Part shown: piece after piece, positions 8,244 through 15,926 of the stretch
How the letters are laid out: every line of letters begins with the position of its first letter
Numbering within the stretch: the stretch's first letter is position 1
Source: an uncultured Chloroflexia bacterium
Lineage (GTDB): Bacteria; Chloroflexota; Anaerolineae; Anaerolineales; Anaerolineaceae
Assembly (NCBI GenBank): GCA_963704755.1
Contig: OY969938.1
Span: forward strand, 240,001-272,000
Direction: 5' to 3'
Length of the DNA stretch: 32,000 nucleotides
Made by a program: the position numbers and the translations under genes
The notes under the pieces: model-generated
Told to the model about the DNA's origin: nothing
What the model saw: the letters and a program-made list of their open reading frames with translations, nothing else
Database searches by the model: none

Positions 8244-9038
8244 ATGAATATTTATCGTGCCCTCAATGAACTGATCGACAACGAAAACACCGGCGCACTG
8301 TGCACGATTATTAGCACCAAAGGATCGACGCCCAGGCACGAGGGCAGCAAAATCCTGGTTAACGAAGATGGCAGCTTTATCGGCTCGGTCGGCGGAGGGG
8401 AAGTCGAACAGCGGGTGTTGAAAGAAGCCCTTGATTCAATGGTCGATGGCAGAACCCGCCGGCTGAGCTATAGCCTGGTGGACCCAGCCCGAGGCGATGC
8501 AGGTGTTTGCGGCGGGACCGTGGAGGTTTACGTGGAGCCAATTTTACCCAAGCCGACCCTGGTCGTGATCGGCGGTGGCCATGTGGGGAAGGCGGTTGTC
8601 CACCTGGCTAAATGGTTGGGTTTTTATACCGTGGTCAGTGACGACCGGGAGGAATTTTGCACCGTGGAGCAAAACCCTGACGCGGATGCACTGTACCCGG
8701 TGAAAATGGAAGAGTTGATCCATCAACTCAAGTTCAACGTCACCACATATGTGGTTTTAACCACCCGAGGAAGTAACGTGGATGTAGACGGCCTGGAGCC
8801 GATTCTTCACAGTCGGGCCGGATATATCGGTGTCATTGGCTCACGTCGCAGATGGTTGGCGACGAAGGAAGGGCTGATCAACAAGGGTGTACCCGAAGAG
8901 CTGATCAAGAAAGTCCATTCTCCCATTGGGCTGGAATTGAATGCTGAAACACCCGAAGAAATAGCGGTCAGTATATTGTCAGAGATAATAATGTTGAGAA
9001 ACGGCGGTAATGGCGCCCAGATGAAACTTGAGGGATAA
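8244..9038 (+). CDS. xdhC: XdhC/CoxI-family molybdenum cofactor insertion/maturation protein
   Basis: The 264-aa ORF has an N-terminal XdhC_CoxI pattern (ALCTIISTKGSTPRHEGSKILVNEDGSFIGSVGGGEVE). It also has the C-terminal Rossmann-like domain (LVVIGGGHVGKAVVHLAKWLGFYTVVSDDR). Confidence 0.85.
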   Translation: MNIYRALNELIDNENTGALCTIISTKGSTPRHEGSKILVNEDGSFIGSVGGGEVEQRVLKEALDSMVDGRTRRLSYSLVDPARGDAGVCGGTVEVYVEPILPKPTLVVIGGGHVGKAVVHLAKWLGFYTVVSDDREEFCTVEQNPDADALYPVKMEELIHQLKFNVTTYVVLTTRGSNVDVDGLEPILHSRAGYIGVIGSRRRWLATKEGLINKGVPEELIKKVHSPIGLELNAETPEEIAVSILSEIIMLRNGGNGAQMKLEG

Positions 9039-9043
9039 ACGCA

Positions 9044-10465
9044 ATGTGGAATGAAGTTGTCAGTGCAGCAAATATCCCGGATGTTTTATCCGTCCTTGAC
9101 CAAAAGCAGGAAAAGGCGCGGATTGTAGCCGGGGCTACGGATTTGATCCTGGAAATCGAACGAGGCGTTCGCAAAGGGATCGAGACAGTGGTGGATGTTT
9201 CGCGAATTGCCGGGTTGGACTTGATCCATCTGGACGAGGATGGCTGGATCCACCTTGGGCCATTGGTGACCCACAATCACTGTGTAGGATCGAAAATGAT
9301 CCGCGAAATGGCTTTCCCGCTGGCGCAGGCCTGCTGGGAAGTTGGTTCGCCCCAAATCCGCAATCGGGGTACGATCGCCGGTAATTTGGTCACAGGGTCG
9401 CCGGCCAACGATACCATCACGCCATTGATGGCAATAGGCGCGGTTTTGACCCTGGCGAGCGTCCATGGGGAGCGGCGTATTCCGCTGGCCGAATTCTACA
9501 AGGGTGTTCGTAAAGTGGATCTGAGGCCGGATGAGATGGTGGTGGATATCGCTTTCCCGGCTCTGCAAGCGGATCAAAAAGGTACATTTACCAAGTTTGC
9601 CCTGCGGCGTGCCCAGGCGATTTCTCTGGTCAATACCACCATCATACTGAAAATTGAAAAGGGCGTCATTCAACAAGCTGCCATCACCATGGGCGCCGTT
9701 TCGCCAACGATTATCCATGCTACTGAAGCTGAAAATTACATAGTGGGGAAGACCTTGACCGATGAAGTCGTGGCCAGGGCAGGAGATCTGGCGATGGAAG
9801 CGGCCAGGCCGATCAGCGACGTACGCGCCTCGGATGTTTACCGAAAACGGATCGTACGCGTTATCGTGAAGCGAGCGCTTGAATCGTTAAGGTCTGGCAG
9901 CGAAAGGGCCACTTTCCCGGAGGATCCGGTTTTGCTGTGGGGCAGCAATGGGTATCGGGTCAGTCGTGTCGAGAAAACATATTCGCATAGCCAAAAAGAG
10001 ACAATCGTAACCCGGATCAATGGGAAGGAATATACCTTCGAAACCGGCCAGGATAAAACCTTGCTGCGGCTGCTGCGCGAAGAAGGGCAGTTGACCGGAA
10101 CGAAAGAGGGCTGCGCGGAAGGGGAGTGCGGGGCCTGTACGGTGTTCCTGGATGGGATCGCCGTTATGAGCTGTATGGTCCCGGCGGTCCGTGCCCATGG
10201 GGCCGAAATCACCACGGTTGAAGGATTGGCCGACGCAGAGAAACTCCATCCAGTTCAAGAGGCCTTTGTTCAGGATGGCGGCGTCCAATGTGGCTATTGC
10301 ACACCCGGGTTTTTGATGTCGGCGACCAAGCTTCTCGAAGAAAAACCTACCCCATCCCAAGAGGAAATAAAACAGGCAATTACCGGCAATTTGTGCCGAT
10401 GCACCGGTTATTACAAAATCATTGAAGCAATCGAGGATGCCGCAGAATTAGCCAAGGGGAGATAA
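9044..10465 (+). CDS. Molybdenum hydroxylase fused FAD-binding + [2Fe-2S] subunit
   Basis: The N-terminal ~300 aa form the FAD_binding_5/CO_deh_flav_C part (ARIVAGATDLILEIERG..., IRNRGTIAGNL). The C-terminal part, from roughly nt 10007, is the 2Fe-2S part (CAEGECGACTVFLDGIAVMSC, VQCGYCTPGF, LCRCTGYYKI). The gene starts 5 bp after xdhC. Confidence 0.9.
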   Translation: MWNEVVSAANIPDVLSVLDQKQEKARIVAGATDLILEIERGVRKGIETVVDVSRIAGLDLIHLDEDGWIHLGPLVTHNHCVGSKMIREMAFPLAQACWEVGSPQIRNRGTIAGNLVTGSPANDTITPLMAIGAVLTLASVHGERRIPLAEFYKGVRKVDLRPDEMVVDIAFPALQADQKGTFTKFALRRAQAISLVNTTIILKIEKGVIQQAAITMGAVSPTIIHATEAENYIVGKTLTDEVVARAGDLAMEAARPISDVRASDVYRKRIVRVIVKRALESLRSGSERATFPEDPVLLWGSNGYRVSRVEKTYSHSQKETIVTRINGKEYTFETGQDKTLLRLLREEGQLTGTKEGCAEGECGACTVFLDGIAVMSCMVPAVRAHGAEITTVEGLADAEKLHPVQEAFVQDGGVQCGYCTPGFLMSATKLLEEKPTPSQEEIKQAITGNLCRCTGYYKIIEAIEDAAELAKGR

Positions 10466-10468
10466 TCT

Positions 10469-10843
10469 ATGCCAAAGTACAGCTCATTCGGAGCCGAAGA
10501 CCAGGAACAAATTCGTAAAGCAAGAAACGAAGTTCATCCAATCTGGAGGGGGGTTGGCGTTATCCTGATCGTCCTGACCCCGGTTTTGGGCTATTTTGCT
10601 GCACTGGTTGTATTGGATGAAAATACAAAAAATAAGTGGTTTGCAATTCCCCAGGATTTTTTGTATAAAGGGGCAGACCCATTGCTCCTTATGAAAATTG
10701 GGCTAACCATTATCCTGGGATTGTTAATCTACTTCGTCTTGCAGTTTTTGACGTTTCTTTTGTACAGTCTGTTTGGGCCTTCGCGTTACGGCCCGTATGA
10801 TGTTCCTCCCGTTGCCTATAAGGGTAAAAAACATACGCGCTAA
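10469..10843 (+). CDS. Small predicted membrane protein (2 hydrophobic helices), unknown function
   Basis: The 124-aa ORF starts 3 bp after the upstream stop, with a GGGAGA RBS. Its hydrophobic segments are GVGVILIVLTPVLGYFAALVVL and IGLTIILGLLIYFVLQFLTFLLYSLF. I recognise no family. Its coding status rests on operon position and clean TM-like sequence. Confidence 0.55.
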   Translation: MPKYSSFGAEDQEQIRKARNEVHPIWRGVGVILIVLTPVLGYFAALVVLDENTKNKWFAIPQDFLYKGADPLLLMKIGLTIILGLLIYFVLQFLTFLLYSLFGPSRYGPYDVPPVAYKGKKHTR

Positions 10844-10881
10844 GATTTCATTGAAATCTTATTATTAGGAGAGTAATTTTT

Positions 10882-13102
10882 ATGGTGGCTATAGGACAAT
10901 CCGTAACCCGGATTGATGCAGTTGGAAAAGTCATGGGTGAAACCCGCTATCCGGGTGATTTTAATATGCCGGGACAGGTATTCATGAAAGTAGTGTTTTC
11001 CGGGAGAGCCCATGCCATCATCCGGAGTATTGATAAATCACGTGCAATGGAATTGCCAGGTGTCCTGGCGGTCTTGACCGCAGAGGATGTACCAGTCAAC
11101 GAATATGGCCTGGGCACTCCGGACCAACCGGTGTTGTGCGGACCGGGAAGTATCAAACCATACGCAGATCGCGTCCGGTTTGCCGGAGATCAGGTTGCTT
11201 TGATTCTGGCCGAAAATGAGAAAATCGCGAGAGAGGCAGAAAAATTACTGGACATCCAATATGAGGATATCCCGGCAATTTACAACCCGCTCGAGGCCCT
11301 CGAAGAGGGCAGCCTAAAGGTTCACCCGGATTATGGCTCGAACGTTTTTTGCCATTATCGTATCCGCCGGGGTGATGTCGATGAGGCATTCAAGTCGGCG
11401 GATGTGGTGATCGAAGGGGTATACGAGACGCCGGCCCAGGAGCATGCCTATTTGCAGCCAGAAGCAGGCATCAGCCATATCGACGAGGAAGGCCGCATTA
11501 CGGTGGTGGTTGCCGGGCAGTGGACCCACGAGGACCGCGAGCAAATCGCCCATGCGATGAACATGCCGGAAGAGAAGATCCGGGTGATTTACCCGGCTAT
11601 TGGCGGCGCTTTTGGCGGGCGCGAGGACATGTCCGTGCAGATCGTCCTGGCGCTCTCAACCTGGAAACTGCACGAAATGGGCGTCGACCGGCCGGTCAAA
11701 ACTGTCTGGAGCCGAGAAGAATCAATCGTGGGGCATCACAAACGCCATCCATTTCATATTCATACACGCTGGGCGGCCACGAAAGAAGGAAAACTCCTGG
11801 CTGCCGAAGTGGACATGGTAGAAGACGGCGGGGCATACGTTTATACTTCGCCCAAAGTGCTTGGAAATGCTACATTAATGTGCACCGGGCCGTATAACAT
11901 TCCCAACGTGAAAGTCGATGCCCGCGCGGTATATACCAACAATTTACCCAACGGCGCTTTCCGTGGTTTCGGTGGGCCGCAAGCAGCATTTTCAGCAGAA
12001 ATGCAAATGGATAAACTGGCCGAAGCCCTGGGTATGGACCCGGTGGAAATCCGCATGCGCAACCTTTTCCAGGACGGCGATATCCTCTCGATGGGCAGTC
12101 CACTGCCCAAAGGAGTGACGATCAAGCAGGTGGTTGAAAAGGCGGCCTTAGCCGGCGGATGGGTCAAAGGCGAGAAAGGCTGGACGCGCCCGCAGGGATA
12201 TCGCTCTGATGTACCCGGGAAACCGCATCTCAAACGCGGTGTCGGGTTTGCCTGCTCCTACAAAAATGTTGGTTTTTCCTTTGGCGCGCCAGAACGATCG
12301 TGGGCACGAGTTCGAGGTGTACGGCAGCGCCGAGATCGAGAAGGCTGTACTCTACCATGCCGGTGCGGATGTTGGGCAAGGCGCCCATACGGTTTTTGCC
12401 CAAATGGCCGCCGAAGCGTTAGGAATACCGGTCCAGAAGGTCGCAGTGAATGCGTCTGATACAGCTTCGTCCCAAACATCGGGCAGTGCTTCCGCTTCGA
12501 GGATGACGTTTATGGCGGGCAACTCGATCAAAGGAGCCGCCGAGATGGCTTTGGCCAAGTGGAAGAATGAAGAACGCCCAGCCATTGCTGAATTTATGTA
12601 TCGGCCGCCGGCGACAACACCGATGGATCCCGAAACAGGAAAATCGGAACCGAATTTTTCGTATGGATACGTTGCCGAGGCGATTGAAGTTGAGGTGGAT
12701 ACCGAAACGGGTGTGATCCGCCTGGCCAACGTAATCTGTGCAAACGATGTCGGCAAAGCGATCAACCCGCAACTGGTCCAGGGCCAAATCGAAGGCGCAG
12801 TGGTCCAGGTGGCCGGTTATGCTTCCCTGGAGAATTTTGTCCAGCGGGATGGGCGTGTATTCACCAATACTCTCTCGACCTACCTCATTCCCACAGTTTT
12901 GGATATTCCCGATAAGGTGGAAAGCCTTATTCTAGAATACCCGGATCCACGTGGCCCCTGGGGCGCGCGGGGTATGGGTGAAATGCCATTCCTGCCCTTT
13001 GTTCCGGCAGTAGCCAGTGGGCTGCACGAGGCCACGGGAGTTTGGTTCAACCAGTTCCCCTTTACCCCCGAAAGAGTCCTTTTTGGTTTGGATCCAAAAT
13101 AG
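10882..13102 (+). pseudogene. Xanthine dehydrogenase-family molybdopterin-binding large subunit, interrupted by a +1 frame change near 12304-12310 (ORF pieces 10882..12459 and 12209..13102)
   Basis: Frame 1 carries the hammerhead (AHAIIRSIDKSRAMELPGVLAV), GGAFGGRED and ...KNVGFSFGAPERSWA, then Arg/Cys-rich nonsense to TGA 12457-12459. Frame 2 resumes with EFEVYGSAEIEKAVLYHAGADVGQGAHT from 12308 and continues through GARGMGEMP to the stop at 13102. Together the pieces make about 740 aa of continuous homology. This could be a sequencing error, a true pseudogene or a split subunit. Confidence 0.7.
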
Positions 13103-13114
13103 CCGGGAGATAAG

Positions 13115-13942
13115 ATGAGTGTTCCCGGGCTGAGAGTAGTTGTCCGCGGTGGAGGCGACCTAGGCAGCGGCGTAGTATTACGGTTGCATCGCATCGGGGT
13201 CAAGGTCATGGTGGCGGAATTAGATCACCCCCTGGTGGTTCGTCGCAAAGTGGCCTTTGCCGAAGCGATCTATTCGAAAGAAATTGCCATCGAAGATGCC
13301 ATTGGTGTGTTAGCCGAGACGGCAGATGAAGCCAGCGATTTGTTCGCAGAACGAAAGATACCGGTGATGATCGATCCGGATCTTGCGGTTTTGGAATGGT
13401 TCCGGCCGCAAGTGATTGTGGATGCACGGTTATTGAAGCGCCAGCTCGAACCCACCAGCGTCATTGCCCGGATGGTCATTGGCCTGGGACCCGGATTTAC
13501 CGCCGGCAAGGATTGCGATGCCGTGGTCGAAACCAAACGAGGGCCTACCCTGGGGCGGGTCATCTGGCAGGGACAGGCGGAGCCGGATTCGCGCATGCCT
13601 GAAATGGTGCTGGGGCACGTCGAGGACCGGGTCTTACGCGCGCCGGCTGATGGCCTGGTTTGCAACCATTGCGAGATCGGGCAAAAGGTGCGCAACGGCC
13701 AGCTTTTGTCCGATGTCAACGGCCTGGGTATCTACGCCAAATTCGATGGGGTGATCCGTGGAATTGTACATGATGGCCTGGAAGTACAAAAGGGCACCAA
13801 GATTGGCGACGTAGACCCGCGCAACGATCCCCAATTGTGTTACCAAGTTTCCGATAAAGCCCTGGCTATCGGCGGAGGCGTGACCGAAGCTATCCTTAGC
13901 CAGCAAATTTTTCGTGAAGTGTTAGGCGAAACACCCAAATGA
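13115..13942 (+). CDS. yqeB: Selenium-dependent molybdenum hydroxylase system protein, YqeB/EF2563 family
   Basis: The 275-aa ORF begins VVVRGGGDLGSGVVLRLHRIGVKVMVAELDHPLVVRRKVAFAEAIY. This matches my recollection of the YqeB-family (TIGR03309) signature. It sits directly after a hydroxylase large subunit and is translationally coupled (ATGA) to yqeC. Confidence 0.7.
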   Translation: MSVPGLRVVVRGGGDLGSGVVLRLHRIGVKVMVAELDHPLVVRRKVAFAEAIYSKEIAIEDAIGVLAETADEASDLFAERKIPVMIDPDLAVLEWFRPQVIVDARLLKRQLEPTSVIARMVIGLGPGFTAGKDCDAVVETKRGPTLGRVIWQGQAEPDSRMPEMVLGHVEDRVLRAPADGLVCNHCEIGQKVRNGQLLSDVNGLGIYAKFDGVIRGIVHDGLEVQKGTKIGDVDPRNDPQLCYQVSDKALAIGGGVTEAILSQQIFREVLGETPK

Positions 13943-15288
13943 ATATCAGCGAAGCTCTGCGAGCGGACCGTCGTTTGCGACTGGCCATTGTCGGCGGCGG
14001 TGGGAAGACGGCCGCCATGTTTGGCCTGGCCCGTGAATACAACGGGCCGGTTATATTGACCGCCAGTGCACACCTGGCCGCCGAGCAAGCCCGTCTTGCC
14101 GACCGGCATTTCATTGTCGAAAAACCAGAAGAGATCGAGGCGATCGCTTCCAAAGGAATCAGGGATATTACTTTGTTTACCGGGCCGGTCGATCAAAAGA
14201 GCCGGTCGAAGGGATTGGATCCGGCTTGTTTAGAAACGCTGCACCAGATCGCGGACCGGCTGGACCTGCCCATTATCGTCGAGGCGGATGGTTCGCGCTG
14301 CCGGCCGCTCAAAGCGCCTTATGATCACGAACCGCCAATACCGGCCTGGGCAGAACAGGTATTGGTGGTGTGTGGCCTCTCAGCGCTTGGCCGGTTCTTG
14401 AACGAAGATACGGTATATAACGCAGAAACCTTTGCAAAGATCGCCCATGCCGAATGCGATACCCCGATCCGGATTGAGCACATCCTGGCCGTGCTGAAAG
14501 ACCCGGCGGGCGGGTTGAAGAATATCCCGGCGGGAGCCGAGAAGATCGCCCTTTTGAACCAGTTGGACCGGGTTGAGGATGAGGCCTTACTCTGCGAATC
14601 TCTCAAGGAATTGGCGCAGACCTATGATTGTGTCCTGGCGGGATCTATGCAATTGCCTGGCACCGGGGAGGTACGCGTCGACCGGCGCATCGAGCCGGTT
14701 GCCGGGGTTATCCTGGCGGCCGGAAATGCAGAACGCTATGGGAAGCCTAAACAGCTTCTAAAATGGAACGAGAAGGTTTTTATCCGTCATGTAGCAGAAA
14801 ACGCGCTGGAGGCCGGTTTACGGCCTGTAGCGGTGGTTGTAGGTGCATATGCCGACGAAGTGGCAGCGGCGGTTGCGGATCTGCCGGTAATAATTTGCCC
14901 CAATCCGGATTGGCAGACAGGCCAATCGACTTCGCTCAAAACTGGGGTGGAGGCGTTGGATTCGTATTGCGGCGGGGCAATCTTTTTGATGAGCGATATG
15001 CCCCAGGTTCCTGTTTCGCTGCTGCGTACGTTGATAGATAAGGCCCAGTCTGACCCCGCCGACATTCTATCGACGAGGGTCAATGGTCACCGGGTAAATC
15101 CGGTGTTCTTTAGCCGGAAATCATTTCCCAACTTGAAAACAGTGCACGGGGATAAAGGCGGCCGAGATTTATTTGGCCAATTTAAGGTTCAATGGCAGGA
15201 TTGGGATGATCCCTTGCTGGAGCTGGACATCGACACGCCGGCTGATTACGAAAAATTTTTGGAACTGAGTCGTGTCCGTGAACGGTGA
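13939..15288 (+). CDS. yqeC: Fusion protein: YqeC-family selenium-dependent hydroxylase accessory protein (N-terminal part) + MocA/YgfJ-like nucleotidyltransferase (C-terminal part, from about nt 14695)
   Basis: The N-terminal part has a P-loop-like LAIVGGGGKTAAMFGLA and IIVEADGSR, as in YqeC (TIGR03172, from recall). The C-terminal ~195 aa are NTP_transf_3-like (GVILAAGNAERYGKPKQLLKW, NPDWQTGQSTSLKTG, LMSDMPQV). The ATG overlaps the yqeB stop (ATGA at 13939-13942). Confidence 0.7.
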   Translation: MNISEALRADRRLRLAIVGGGGKTAAMFGLAREYNGPVILTASAHLAAEQARLADRHFIVEKPEEIEAIASKGIRDITLFTGPVDQKSRSKGLDPACLETLHQIADRLDLPIIVEADGSRCRPLKAPYDHEPPIPAWAEQVLVVCGLSALGRFLNEDTVYNAETFAKIAHAECDTPIRIEHILAVLKDPAGGLKNIPAGAEKIALLNQLDRVEDEALLCESLKELAQTYDCVLAGSMQLPGTGEVRVDRRIEPVAGVILAAGNAERYGKPKQLLKWNEKVFIRHVAENALEAGLRPVAVVVGAYADEVAAAVADLPVIICPNPDWQTGQSTSLKTGVEALDSYCGGAIFLMSDMPQVPVSLLRTLIDKAQSDPADILSTRVNGHRVNPVFFSRKSFPNLKTVHGDKGGRDLFGQFKVQWQDWDDPLLELDIDTPADYEKFLELSRVRER

Positions 15289-15892
15289 AAGCAATCAGAA
15301 CCGCATCGGTGCAGTGGTATTGGCTGCGGGCCTTTCCACCCGCATGGGAGTGCCGAAAATGGCCCTGCCGTGGAAGGATGCGACGGTGTTGGGCAGCGTA
15401 CTCCAGGAGCTGGCAAAGGCGCACCTGGCCAGGACGGTGGTTGTCACTGGCGGAGCCAGGCAGATTGTCGAAGGTATTTGCGCGGACTATCCGGTGCGAA
15501 CCGTTTTCAACCCTGATTTTGGTAATGGAGAAATGACGGACTCGATCCGGGTGGGGATGGAGGCGCTGCCAAAAGAACTGGATGCTGTATTGATCGTCCT
15601 GGGGGATCAACCGCAAATCCGGGCGGAGACGATCTCGGGTTTGATCGATTTTTACAAAGCGACGGGCAGTTCCATCGTGGTGCCGTCCTACAACATGCAT
15701 CGCGGGCATCCCTGGTTGATTGCTCCGGGCCTATGGGATGAGCTAAAACAACTCAGCCCGGAGGATACCATGCGAGATTTTTTGAAACGGCACAGCGAAG
15801 AGATTGCCTATTTTGTGGTGGATTCGGCCGAAATTATGGCAGATTTAGATACTTTTGCCGACTATATCCGGGCAAAAAGCGAAAATTCGTGA
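15272..15892 (+). CDS. mocA: Molybdenum cofactor cytidylyltransferase (MocA/YgfJ family), second copy
   Basis: The 206-aa ORF has the canonical motifs VVLAAGLSTRMGVPKMALPW, NPDFGNGEMTDSI and VLGDQPQI. A GTG start at 15272 overlaps the upstream gene by 17 nt, and no alternative in-frame ATG precedes the LAAG motif. Confidence 0.8.
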   Translation: MSVNGESNQNRIGAVVLAAGLSTRMGVPKMALPWKDATVLGSVLQELAKAHLARTVVVTGGARQIVEGICADYPVRTVFNPDFGNGEMTDSIRVGMEALPKELDAVLIVLGDQPQIRAETISGLIDFYKATGSSIVVPSYNMHRGHPWLIAPGLWDELKQLSPEDTMRDFLKRHSEEIAYFVVDSAEIMADLDTFADYIRAKSENS

Positions 15893-15926
15893 GTTCCACG
15901 GCTAAACCATGCGTGTAGCCAATACG

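Noticed and set aside
12301-12310. Programmed +1 ribosomal frameshift in the Moco large subunit
   Set aside because: The junction tgg gca c gag ttc has no slippery or rare-codon/stop context like known +1 sites (for example the prfB CUU UGA C), and no upstream SD-like stimulator is evident. A mutation or a sequencing error is more parsimonious. It cannot be excluded without data.
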